The notes under the pieces were generated by a model. It was not told the DNA's origin and searched no databases. It saw nothing but the letters and a program-made list of their open reading frames with translations. From the NCBI GenBank assembly GCA_022828135.1, contig JAJEJB010000031.1:29813-93812 (forward strand): DNA of 64,000 bases, written 5' to 3'. The position numbers and the translations under genes were made by a program. Of this stretch, positions 54,081 to 63,043 are shown one piece after another. This DNA is from Acidimicrobiia bacterium (GTDB taxonomy: Bacteria; Actinomycetota; Acidimicrobiia; Acidimicrobiales; Aldehydirespiratoraceae). Position 1 is the first letter of the stretch; each line of letters opens with the position of its first letter.

Positions 54081-55358
54081 GTGACGCCAGTCCAGCCGTC
54101 GCAACAGATGGGAGCCGAAGTGGTCAACCGAGTGCACACCGATCCGGAGCGGCTTTGGTCGCGGTTGATGGACATGGCCGCGGTGGGGGCTACCCCAGCG
54201 GGGGGCTCCAACCGGCAGGCGCTGTCCGACGACGACAGGGCGGGCCGGGATCTGTTCGTCGGCTGGGCCGAGCAGGCGGGCTGCTCGATCGAGCTAGACG
54301 GGGTGGGCAACCTTTTCGCCCGTCGGGACGGCACCGACCCCGACGCCCTGCCGGTCGTGTTGGGCAGCCATCTCGACACCCAGCCCACGGGGGGCCGCTT
54401 CGACGGGGTTTACGGGGTGCTGGGCGGGTTCGAGGTGGTCGAGGCTCTCAACGACCATTCGGTCCGGACCCGGGCCCCGATCGAAGTGGCGGTATGGACC
54501 AACGAGGAAGGATCCCGCTTCCCGGTGTCGATGATGGGCTCGGCGGTGTGGGCCGGGGTGCTGCCCCTCGATCAGGTCCGGGCCATCACCGACCGCTCCG
54601 GGATCAGTGTCGGCGACGAGCTCGACCGGCTGGGCTGGGCCGGCACCGCAGCCTTCGGCAAGCCGCTGCGGGCCTACCTGGAGCTGCACATCGAGCAGGG
54701 TCCGATCCTGGAGGCCAGCGGCTCGTCGATCGGGGTGGTCACCGGTGTGCAGGGGATCCGCTGGTTCCGGGTGACCATCGAGGGCTTCCCCGCCCATGCC
54801 GGCACCACGCCCATGGATCGGCGTCGCGATCCCTCCCGACCATTGGGGCTCGCGCTCAGCGGGCTCCACGACATGGCCGCGGCCCACGCCCCGCAGGTGC
54901 GTCTGACCCCGGCAATGTTCGCGTCCGAGCCGGTGTCGTCCAACACCGTGCCCGACCACATCACCTTCACCATCGACATGCGCCATCCCGACGCCGCCAC
55001 ACTGGAGAGCCTCGACGCCGAGTTGCGCAGCCTCATAGCTCAAGCGGCCGAGGCCCACGGCTGCCAGCATCAGGTCGAGGTGATCAACGACTGCGCTCCG
55101 GTCGTGTTCGACGACGAGTGCGTGCGAGCCGTCGAGTCGGCCGCGCAGCGCTGCGGCATCGCCTACGAGCGGATCGGCTCCGGCGCGGGCCACGACGCCT
55201 GCCACGTAGCCCTCAAAGCGCCCACCGGCATGATCTTCGTCCCCTGCGAGGACGGCCTCTCACACAACGAAGCCGAATCCATCGAACCTGAAGCCGCCGG
55301 CCGCGGCGCCGAAGTCCTGCTACACGCCGCCTTGGACCTGGCCGACACAGCGACCTGA
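54081..55358 (+). CDS. M20-family amidase (allantoate amidohydrolase / N-carbamoyl-L-amino-acid hydrolase type)
   Basis: ...VVLGSHLDTQPTGGRFDGVYGVLGGFEV...VWTNEEGSRF...HAGTTPM...GAGHDA... An alternative ATG start lies at 54108. Confidence 0.85.
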   Translation: MTPVQPSQQMGAEVVNRVHTDPERLWSRLMDMAAVGATPAGGSNRQALSDDDRAGRDLFVGWAEQAGCSIELDGVGNLFARRDGTDPDALPVVLGSHLDTQPTGGRFDGVYGVLGGFEVVEALNDHSVRTRAPIEVAVWTNEEGSRFPVSMMGSAVWAGVLPLDQVRAITDRSGISVGDELDRLGWAGTAAFGKPLRAYLELHIEQGPILEASGSSIGVVTGVQGIRWFRVTIEGFPAHAGTTPMDRRRDPSRPLGLALSGLHDMAAAHAPQVRLTPAMFASEPVSSNTVPDHITFTIDMRHPDAATLESLDAELRSLIAQAAEAHGCQHQVEVINDCAPVVFDDECVRAVESAAQRCGIAYERIGSGAGHDACHVALKAPTGMIFVPCEDGLSHNEAESIEPEAAGRGAEVLLHAALDLADTAT

Positions 55359-55363
55359 AATCC

Positions 55364-56410
55364 TCAGGGGCGCAGAAGGATCTTTCCGAAGAAGTCGCTC
55401 TCCAGCATCTTCTGCTGGGCCGCGGCCGCCTCCGACAGCGGGAACTCCGAGTCGATCACCGCGGTGAACTCGCCCGAGCCGATCCCGTTGCAGAAGGTGT
55501 CCCACAGCGGTCCCATCTCGTCGGGCCGGTACGGGTCGGACCCCATGATCCGCAGCCCGTTGTGGAACAGGTGGCCGAGCGACCCGATGGTGGCGGTGTC
55601 GCCCGAGGCGTTGCCGCAGTTGACCAGCCGGCCCCCGATGCCCATCGAGAACAGCGACTGGGTGAACAGGGCGGTGCCCACGTGGTCGAACACCATGTCC
55701 ACCCCCCGGCCCCCGGTCACCTCCATGGCCCAGCCGGTCACGTCGCCGGTGCGGTTGTTGAGCACGTGGTCGGCACCGATCTCGGCAGCCCGCTCACACT
55801 TGGCGTCGGTCCCGGCGGTGGCCAGCACAATGGCGCCCGCGTGTTTGGCCAGCTGGATCCCGGCCACGGACACTCCCGATCCGGCTGCGTGGATCATCAC
55901 CGTCTCGCCCTCAGCCAGGCCGCCCGTGTAGAACAAGGCGTGGCCGGCGGTGAGCCACACCGTCGGGAACGTGGCCGCCTGCTCCAGCGACACGTGGTCG
56001 GGCACCCGGTAGCAGTGCGAGGCCGGCACCAGGCACTTGGTGGCGTAGCCCCCGTCGAGGGTGCCGCCCAGGATGCCGAGTTCGCCGTACAGGTCGCCCA
56101 TGCCCGCCAGTTTCGAGTTGTCGGGCACGCCGGCCATGGACGGATCGGCCACCACCCGGTCGCCGGGCTGCCACTCGGTGACCGCGGCACCCACCTCGGA
56201 CACCACGCCGGCGATGTCCATGCCGGCGATGTGGGGGAAGGTGAACCCCGGCATGTAGTACCAGCCGTTGCGCTGGAGCAGGTCGAGCCGGTTGAGCGCG
56301 GTGGCCGCGACCTCCAGCACCACATCGCCGTCGCCGGGCACCGGGTCGTCGGCATCGGTGTACTCCAGCACCTCGGGTCCGCCCGAAGCGTGGTACAGCA
56401 TCGCCTTCAT
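55364..56410 (-). CDS. Zinc-type/quinone oxidoreductase (MDR superfamily)
   Basis: GAAGGAGG lies upstream of the ATG at 56410. MKAMLYHASGGPEVLEY...IHAAGSGVSVAGIQLAK... Confidence 0.85.
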   Translation of the reverse strand: MKAMLYHASGGPEVLEYTDADDPVPGDGDVVLEVAATALNRLDLLQRNGWYYMPGFTFPHIAGMDIAGVVSEVGAAVTEWQPGDRVVADPSMAGVPDNSKLAGMGDLYGELGILGGTLDGGYATKCLVPASHCYRVPDHVSLEQAATFPTVWLTAGHALFYTGGLAEGETVMIHAAGSGVSVAGIQLAKHAGAIVLATAGTDAKCERAAEIGADHVLNNRTGDVTGWAMEVTGGRGVDMVFDHVGTALFTQSLFSMGIGGRLVNCGNASGDTATIGSLGHLFHNGLRIMGSDPYRPDEMGPLWDTFCNGIGSGEFTAVIDSEFPLSEAAAAQQKMLESDFFGKILLRP

Positions 56411-57429
56411 CGGGGCCTCCTTCGGGCCGAGCGTTCGAACGCCGGTGGCGCCCAGTAGGTGTCGGCCTCGTTGATGTTCACGCCCGGAGCCACCACCGAG
56501 TCGATGGCGTCGAGGGTGTCCTCGTCGAGGCGCAGATCCCCCACTGCCAGCAGTTCGGTGAGTTGGGCCTCGGTGCGGGGCCCTATGAGCACCGCCGTCA
56601 CCGCCGGATGCTCGAGGATCCAAGCCAGGGCCATGTGGGTCATGGACACGCCCGCGGCGGCTGCAATCGGACCCAATCTCTCGACGGCATCGAACTTGGC
56701 CTCGTTGCCGCCGTCGAAGTGGTCGGGATTGGTGTCTCCCCGGCTCCCCAGAGGGGCCGGCTCGGCCCTGGTGTACTTGCCGGTGAGCCATCCCCCCGAC
56801 AGCGGACTCCACGTGATGACGCCCATCCCGTAGCGGGCGCACACGGCGAGGACGTCGCTCTCGATCCCGCGGCACATGATCGAGTAGGGCGGCTGCTCGC
56901 AGTGCGGGCCGATGGCCCCCGAGCGCTGCGCCGCCCAGTGGGCCTCGACGATCTCGGAGGCCGGGAACGTCGACGTGCCCCAGGCTCTGATCTTGCCGGC
57001 CCGCACGAGGTCGCTCATCGCCTCGACGGTCTCGGCGATGTCGGTGTGCGGGTCGGGTCGGTGCACCTGGTACAGGTCGATGTAGTCGGTGCCGAGCCTG
57101 CGCAGGCTGTCCTCCACCGCTCGCATCATCCACCGGCGGGAGTTGCCCTGCCGGTTGGGGTCGTCGTGGTCGCCCACCGGGTTCTGGAACTTTGTGGCCA
57201 GCACCACGTCGTCTCGGCGGCCCTTCAACGCCGGACCGATGATCTCCTCGGTGGCCCCGTCTCCGTAGGTGTCGGCCGTGTCGACCAGGTTCAGCCCGGC
57301 ATCAAGGGCGCCGCCGACGATGCGGCGGCAGGCCTCGACATCGGTGTTGCCCCACGGACCCAGCACCATGGTGCCCAGCGCGAGAGGGTTCACCCTGACG
57401 CCGCTGCGTCCGATCGTGCGGAACTCCAT
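56407..57429 (-). CDS. Aldo/keto reductase
   Basis: MEFRTIGRSGVRVNPLALGTM...VDTADTYGDG...DLYQVHRPD... Its stop overlaps the next start (ATGA). Confidence 0.9.
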   Translation of the reverse strand: MEFRTIGRSGVRVNPLALGTMVLGPWGNTDVEACRRIVGGALDAGLNLVDTADTYGDGATEEIIGPALKGRRDDVVLATKFQNPVGDHDDPNRQGNSRRWMMRAVEDSLRRLGTDYIDLYQVHRPDPHTDIAETVEAMSDLVRAGKIRAWGTSTFPASEIVEAHWAAQRSGAIGPHCEQPPYSIMCRGIESDVLAVCARYGMGVITWSPLSGGWLTGKYTRAEPAPLGSRGDTNPDHFDGGNEAKFDAVERLGPIAAAAGVSMTHMALAWILEHPAVTAVLIGPRTEAQLTELLAVGDLRLDEDTLDAIDSVVAPGVNINEADTYWAPPAFERSARRRPR

Positions 57430-57502
57430 GGCCGCCGGTGCCGTTGCGTCTCCGGGCTGGCTCAGCGCCTGCCCGCTACGAGTGCTGTCGTCAAGCGTTG
57501 CG

Positions 57503-57871
57503 TCAGCCGTGACCCTCGTCGGGGGTGGCGCCCCACTCGATGATCTGCAGCATGTTGCCGTCGGGATCGGCCACGGTGCCGATGAGCCCGAAGGGCATCT
57601 GCTCGACCTCGCGCACCCACGACGCGCCGTGGGAGTTGAGATGGGTCTCCAGCCCGCGGCAGTCGCCCACGTCGAGGTTGAGGATGATCCGGTGCCCGTT
57701 CTCGTTGGGTCCCGACACCTCGCTGTGCTCCTCGATGAAGAGCTGGACCCCGCCGAACACGAACGCGCCCATCTCGTTCTCATCGGGTGAGAAACAGGCC
57801 CGGTACCAGTCCTTCATGGCGTCGACCTGCGACGATCCCACGAGAATGCTGCCCAGATTTGGTGCTGCCAT
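57503..57871 (-). CDS. VOC (glyoxalase-fold) protein
   Basis: AGGAGG lies upstream of the ATG at 57871. ...GLIGTVADPDGNMLQIIEW. Confidence 0.75.
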   Translation of the reverse strand: MAAPNLGSILVGSSQVDAMKDWYRACFSPDENEMGAFVFGGVQLFIEEHSEVSGPNENGHRIILNLDVGDCRGLETHLNSHGASWVREVEQMPFGLIGTVADPDGNMLQIIEWGATPDEGHG

Positions 57872-57997
57872 TGGATTCCTCCTGAACTCAACGAACTGTT
57901 GGCCGGACGGTACGCCCAGCCGGCGAACCGGACCAAATCCGCCCAGCGAGGTTCCAGCTAGGAGCCGCAAGTAAGGTCGCCGTATCAGGGGGTTGCC

Positions 57998-58489
57998 ATG
58001 ACCGAGACTGCTTCGCCTGCAGCCGCGGCACCTGCGGGCCAGCCGCCGCCTTCGCTGCTCACCCACATCGCGCTGCCCGTGCGCAGCCTCGACGACACCC
58101 TGGCGTTCTACGAGAAGTTCACCACCCTGGTGAAGATCTCGGAGCGCCACGACGACGAGACCAAGATGCGAACCGCGTGGCTGGCCAACGAGCGCGACAT
58201 CACCACCCCGGGAGCGGCCCGCTTCGTGATCGTGCTCATGGAGGGCGCCCTGCCCAAGCAGATCACCGGCGACATCGTCGAGGAGTACGGCTTCCTCACA
58301 TCCATAGCCCACCTCGGCATCTCGCTGGACACCCGGGACGAGGTGGACGAGGTCGCCCGCCTGGCCGCCGAGGACGGCTGCCTGGTGCTCGGGCCCATGT
58401 ACCGCAACCCCGATGTGGGCTACATCTGCCTGATCAAGGATCCCGACGGCAACAACGTCGAGTTCTCGGTGGAACAGGTCCTGGGCTGA
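57998..58489 (+). CDS. VOC (glyoxalase-fold) protein, type b paralog
   Basis: ...LTHIALPVRSLDDTLAFY...IAHLGISL...VGYICLIKDPDGNNVEFS. Confidence 0.75.
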   Translation: MTETASPAAAAPAGQPPPSLLTHIALPVRSLDDTLAFYEKFTTLVKISERHDDETKMRTAWLANERDITTPGAARFVIVLMEGALPKQITGDIVEEYGFLTSIAHLGISLDTRDEVDEVARLAAEDGCLVLGPMYRNPDVGYICLIKDPDGNNVEFSVEQVLG

Positions 58490-58505
58490 CCTGCCCCGAG
58501 GTTGA

Positions 58506-58898
58506 TCAGGCGTTCTTCTCGGAGGCTGATCCGGGCACGTAGGTGCCCTTGTTGCGCCACAGCACCACCTCGGCGCCCCACGGGTCGCGGAAGGCGGCGT
58601 GGCGGGCGTCGAACTCCTCCCAGTAGTACTCGTCCCACATCTTGGTGGCGCCCATCTCAATGGCAGCCGCGAGCTTGGCCGGCGGGTCGTCGACCATGAC
58701 GTATATGCGGGGCACCGGTCCGCTCACCGGGGTGGTCTCCAGGTGGATGCCGAGGTTGGGCTTGACGCCCGGCAGCACCTCGTGGAACTCACCGGCGGGA
58801 CGGCGCTTGTACTTCCAGTCGAACAGCTTCTCGTAGAACTGTGAGGTGGCCTCGGGGTCGGGGGTGGGCAGGTCCACGAAGATGAGAGGGTTAACCAT
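58506..58898 (-). CDS. VOC (glyoxalase-fold) protein, type a paralog
   Basis: MVNPLIFVDLPTPDPEATSQFYEKLFDWK...FRDPWGAEVVLW. Confidence 0.75.
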   Translation of the reverse strand: MVNPLIFVDLPTPDPEATSQFYEKLFDWKYKRRPAGEFHEVLPGVKPNLGIHLETTPVSGPVPRIYVMVDDPPAKLAAAIEMGATKMWDEYYWEEFDARHAAFRDPWGAEVVLWRNKGTYVPGSASEKNA

Positions 58899-58938
58899 GC
58901 CGGTCGCTCCTTAATGACGGTCGATGCCTCAGGCCACG

Positions 58939-60264
58939 CTAGACCGGACCGTCCAGCCGCGAGACAGCGGCGTCGCCCAAGGCCACGAATCGCTCGTAGC
59001 CGGACCGGTAGGCCGGATCAGGGGACGGCTCGATGCGGGTCATGGCGGCCAGCGGCCAGGAGACCATGCTGGCCGCCCCGACCCCCTCCCACCAGTCCAG
59101 CGCCGCGCCCGCGGCCAGCGCGCAACCGTGAGCCGACAGCTGCTCGGGCCTCTCGGGCATGTCGACTGCCACCTCAAGCACGGACGCCTTGATCGAGCAC
59201 CACAGGCGGCTGAGCGCGGGCGAGCCGCCGCAGCACATCACATCCATCTCGACTCCGGCCGCCCGGAGGCCCTCGTGTACATGCCGCAGGCCGTAACCGG
59301 CCGCCTCCAGCACGGCCCGGGCGATCTGGGCCACGCCGGAGTCGAACGTCAAGCCGTGGATCTCGCCCCGCAGGCGGGACTCCCACCGGGGCGCTCGCTC
59401 ACCGTCGTGATAGGGCAACACCAGGAGGCCGCCCGCGCCCGGATCCACCCTCCCCGCCAGCGTCAGCAGCTCCTCGATGGATCGGCCCGACGTGGCCGAC
59501 CACCACTCCAGCAGCTGCCCGTGCCCGTTGGTGGGACCGCCGACCACCTCCACCCCGGCCACCGGGCTGAAGTACCCGGGAATATCTGCGGGGCGCTGCG
59601 CCGCGTCCACTGCCACGCCCAGCCCCCCGGTGCGCCCTCCGGGGTCATGGCCCCGGCGGGGCTTGCCGAGACCACCCGCCCAGAAGCTCATGTACGCGTC
59701 GTTGGACGCGCTCACCAGAGGCGTGCCGGCGCGCAGGCCCAGCGAGCCGTCGCAAAGCCCGATGACAGTCCCCACCTCGACCTGCTCGCCGTATCCCGCG
59801 ATGGTCTCCTCGCCGGGCCACAGTCCCTGGATGTTGCCCGCGCCGAGGCATCGCAGCGCCCAGTCCCAGATCTGCGCGCCGGCCAGCGAGCGGCCCGCCT
59901 CGTGGCTGAGGAATTCGAGTTGGGCGAGGTGCTGCCCGGTCCGGTCCAAGCCGATGCCCGCCGGATGCCGGCAGGTCGCGGCCCACCCGACCGGGTCCCT
60001 GCCCCCGTCATCGGTCAGCGGGACGGTGGTGGGGCTCTGCCCGCCCACGCCCACGGCTGCGATCTCCAGGCCGGCCTCGTCCACCCTGGCCAGGAGCCGG
60101 CCCAGGCCGTCGAGCCACGCAGCAGGGTCCGCCCGCCCCGCCGGCCAGGAGCCGGCGCCCTCGAAAGGCTCGTACATCCACAGCTTCACACTCCCGCTGC
60201 GAGCCAGTGCCACCGCGCGGGCTCCGCCCGTCCCGAGGTCGACGCCGACGACGACCGAACTCAC
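58939..60264 (-). CDS. FGGY-family carbohydrate kinase
   Basis: V(M)SSVVVGVDLGTGGARAVAL...CCGGSPALSRLWCSIKASVL... GGAGGA lies upstream of the GTG at 60264. Confidence 0.8.
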   Translation of the reverse strand: MSSVVVGVDLGTGGARAVALARSGSVKLWMYEPFEGAGSWPAGRADPAAWLDGLGRLLARVDEAGLEIAAVGVGGQSPTTVPLTDDGGRDPVGWAATCRHPAGIGLDRTGQHLAQLEFLSHEAGRSLAGAQIWDWALRCLGAGNIQGLWPGEETIAGYGEQVEVGTVIGLCDGSLGLRAGTPLVSASNDAYMSFWAGGLGKPRRGHDPGGRTGGLGVAVDAAQRPADIPGYFSPVAGVEVVGGPTNGHGQLLEWWSATSGRSIEELLTLAGRVDPGAGGLLVLPYHDGERAPRWESRLRGEIHGLTFDSGVAQIARAVLEAAGYGLRHVHEGLRAAGVEMDVMCCGGSPALSRLWCSIKASVLEVAVDMPERPEQLSAHGCALAAGAALDWWEGVGAASMVSWPLAAMTRIEPSPDPAYRSGYERFVALGDAAVSRLDGPV

Positions 60265-60299
60265 CGCGGCATGTCCTCCATCTCGGCCAGGGGGTCGCG

Positions 60300-60357
60300 G
60301 TGTCTCCCGCTCTTGTTCTCTGCGCTCACGGGCCGCTCAGGCCACGGCCTCGCTGAG
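60300..60357 (-). repeat. Dispersed repeat, copy D (full core, between ADH stop and kinase start)
   Basis: The reverse complement of 60307-60353 is GCGAGGCCGTGGCCtGAGCGGCCCGTGAGCGCAGaGAACAAGAGCGG (45/47 to copies B and C), followed by GAGACAC. Confidence 0.85.
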
Positions 60358-60403
60358 TGCCCCGCGAGTCCCTCACGAATTGCCGCCCAACCGCTCGGCC
60401 TCT

Positions 60404-61420
60404 TCATCCCACCATGACCCGGTAGACGGGCTGCGACGCGGCCAGCGTCAAGGCGTCGGCCACCTCGTCCAGGCGGTAGCGGGCGGTCACCAGACGGTCG
60501 AGGTCCGCGGCCAGCGCGCCGGACTCCAGCAGGCCCGCGGCCGTCCGCCAGTCCTCCGGCTCCTGGCTGAAGACTCCGATGATCGACAGCTCGTGGTGGT
60601 GAATGCGGTCCGCACCGACTGACGCCATCACATCTTTGGGGAAGGCCCCGTACAGGACCACCGCCCCCGCGTCGTCGCACAGGTCCAAGGCCAGCTCGAC
60701 CGCGCCGGGTGTACCGGCGGTCACGAACACCGCATCGTGCCGGCCCTGCCACCGGACCAGATCGTCCGGCCCGGCCACCCAGTCGGCTCCGGCCCCGGTC
60801 GCTTCCGTGCGTCGCTGCTCGTCGATATCGACCAGACCGACACGGGATGCGCCCCAGGCCCGGCAGAGGGCCAGGTGCAGGCGGCCCATGTAGCCCGCGC
60901 CGATCACGGCTACCCGGTCACCGGCCCGGAAGCCGCTCAGCCGTACCGAGTGCACCACGCAGGCCAGCGGCTCGCCCATGGCGGCCTGCTCGACCGGGAT
61001 CTCGCCGACCCGGTAGGTCTGGGCCGCAGCCACGCTGACCACTTCGGCCAGGCCCGCGCCCATCGAGATGGTGCCGTCGCTCAGGGTTCCGCCCTGGGGT
61101 CGCTTGCACAGGGCGCTGCGGCCTCGCCGGCACATATGGCAGGTGCCGCAGCGGGTGAGAAGGTCCATGGTGACCAGATCGCCGAGTTGTGGAGTTCCGG
61201 CCAGGGACGCCACGGCCTCGCCGACCTCGATCACCCGGCCGGCGGCTTCGTGGCCAGGGGCGACGGGATAGACCGGCTTGGTCCCGTCGTAGAGGCGTCG
61301 CTCCATGGTGCACAGACCGCAGGCCCCCACCGACACGAGCACGTCGTCGGGACCGGCTGCGGGCCGAGGCTCCTCGCGGAGTTCGACCGCTCCCGGCCCG
61401 GTGACGACTGCAACCTGCAT
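60404..61420 (-). CDS. Zn-dependent alcohol/polyol dehydrogenase (MDR, threonine/sorbitol dehydrogenase-like)
   Basis: The ATG at 61420 starts MQVAVVTGPGAVEL...CGLCTMERR...GHEAAG...CGTCHMCRRGRSALC...VIGAGYMG... Confidence 0.85.
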   Translation of the reverse strand: MQVAVVTGPGAVELREEPRPAAGPDDVLVSVGACGLCTMERRLYDGTKPVYPVAPGHEAAGRVIEVGEAVASLAGTPQLGDLVTMDLLTRCGTCHMCRRGRSALCKRPQGGTLSDGTISMGAGLAEVVSVAAAQTYRVGEIPVEQAAMGEPLACVVHSVRLSGFRAGDRVAVIGAGYMGRLHLALCRAWGASRVGLVDIDEQRRTEATGAGADWVAGPDDLVRWQGRHDAVFVTAGTPGAVELALDLCDDAGAVVLYGAFPKDVMASVGADRIHHHELSIIGVFSQEPEDWRTAAGLLESGALAADLDRLVTARYRLDEVADALTLAASQPVYRVMVG

Positions 61421-61448
61421 GATGCTCCTATTCGGCTCGACTAAAAGG

Positions 61449-62849
61449 TTAGGGACACGCGATGTGGGGCCATCGCTGCGGTATCTCCAGACCGGCTCTC
61501 GCCAGCAGCGAACTCTGCGCCTCAGCGGCCTCGGCACGCAATGCGGCGAGGTCGACGGTGACGCAAGCGCCGTCGCGCACGACCGGCCGGCCGGCGACCA
61601 CTACATCGCGCACCGAGCGCCCATCGGTGCCCCACACGAGCTGCAGGACCGTCTCGCCCCGCGGATTCCAGGCCACTGAAGTGGTGTCGTGCACCACGAT
61701 GTCGGCCTGCTTGCCGGTCTCCAGGCTGCCGATCCGGTCGTCCATGCCGACCGCGGCCGCGCCCTCGATAGTGGCCAACTCGAACGCGGTGTGAGCTCCG
61801 AAGCGTTCGGGATCGACACGGGTGTCACGAGCCAGACCCGCGGTCAGAGCGGCCACCCTCAGGATGTCCGATGTGTCGCCGGCGTTGGAGGCGTCGCAGC
61901 CCAGAGCCACCCGCCCACCACGCTCCACGATCTCGGCGTGGCGGCCTTGGCCGGCCACGCCCTGGCCCAGGCGCAGATAGGCCCAGGGGCAGTAGGCGAT
62001 GGCCGTCGACGTGGCCAGCACCAACTCCACCTCGGAGTCGTCCAACCACACACCGTGGGCCACCAGCAGATGGGGTCCGAGCACGCCCAGCGCGTCGAGG
62101 TGGGCCAACGGTCGGCGCCCTGTACGGGCCAGGTACCGCTCGGGGTCCGAGGACGTGGGCGACATGTGCATGGTGAGTCCGGTGCCCCGATCCCGGGCCA
62201 GATCCGCAGCCCCGGCCAGCAGTTCGTCGGAGGCAAGATCATGACCGACCAGCGTCACCCACCCCTCGACGAGTCCCCCGGATCCCAGGGCGTCGACCAC
62301 CTCTCGCTGGCGTTCGAGCACTTCGGTCGCCGGCGCGGTGAAGGGACCCTCTTCGATGTCCCATCCCCAGGTGCCCATCGTGCCGCGGATGCCGGCTCGG
62401 CGCATCCCGGCCGCAGCCCGGTGCGGGTTGGCCACCGTGCCCGCTTCCACCACCGTGGTCACGCCGTTGGTGAGGTTCTCCACCGAGGACAGCACTGCCG
62501 AGAGTTCGTCGTCGTCTCCGGTGTGGGCCCCATGGGCGGGCACCGACCATTCGAAGATCGAGGCGCCCGGGGGCAGCAGGTCGGGGATGCAGCTGCGGAT
62601 GAGGGGATCACCCGTCAGGTGCTGGTGGGAGTTGACCATTCCCGGCGTCACCACACACCCGGTGGCATCGATCACCTCAGCCTCGGGATAGCGGCCGGCG
62701 AGCTCGGTGCTGGAACCGACCGCGGCGATCACATCGCCGGCGACCGCGACCGCACCCCCGACCAGCACCTCCCGAGCCGTGTTCATGGTGACGACGTCGC
62801 CGCCGGACACCAGCAGCGTCGCGCCGGCCGGCGCGGCCTCGGCCCCCAT
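61449..62849 (-). CDS. Amidohydrolase (TRZ/ATZ / SsnA-like family)
   Basis: ...VTPGMVNSHQHLTGDP (HxH)...VAHGV...LGCDASN... Confidence 0.85.
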   Translation of the reverse strand: MGAEAAPAGATLLVSGGDVVTMNTAREVLVGGAVAVAGDVIAAVGSSTELAGRYPEAEVIDATGCVVTPGMVNSHQHLTGDPLIRSCIPDLLPPGASIFEWSVPAHGAHTGDDDELSAVLSSVENLTNGVTTVVEAGTVANPHRAAAGMRRAGIRGTMGTWGWDIEEGPFTAPATEVLERQREVVDALGSGGLVEGWVTLVGHDLASDELLAGAADLARDRGTGLTMHMSPTSSDPERYLARTGRRPLAHLDALGVLGPHLLVAHGVWLDDSEVELVLATSTAIAYCPWAYLRLGQGVAGQGRHAEIVERGGRVALGCDASNAGDTSDILRVAALTAGLARDTRVDPERFGAHTAFELATIEGAAAVGMDDRIGSLETGKQADIVVHDTTSVAWNPRGETVLQLVWGTDGRSVRDVVVAGRPVVRDGACVTVDLAALRAEAAEAQSSLLARAGLEIPQRWPHIACP

Positions 62850-62896
62850 CGCGACCGAGCATAGGCGGCGAGGCTCGCGCGAGAATCAGCGGGTGA

Positions 62897-63035
62897 CCAG
62901 AGGCCGAGCCAACCGGCGGGCGCAGGCCCATACGGGCGAGGCCCCAGGGCCCAGCGGCCCGCGAGCGCAGCGAACAAGAGCGGCAGGCACGACCCGAGCG
63001 GCCCGTGAGCGAAGCGAACAAGAGCGGGAGTGAGG
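62897..63035 (+). repeat. Dispersed repeat, locus E (about 1.6 tandem, diverged copies)
   Basis: CCAGAGGCCGAGC (62897-62909), a 26-nt insert, then the diverged core GCGAGGCCCCAGGGCCCAGCGGCCCGCGAGCGCAGCGAACAAGAGCGG (62936-62983). A second partial core, GACCCGAGCGGCCCGTGAGCGAAGCGAACAAGAGCGGGAG, lies at 62991-63030. Confidence 0.85.
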
Positions 63036-63043
63036 GTACGGAC

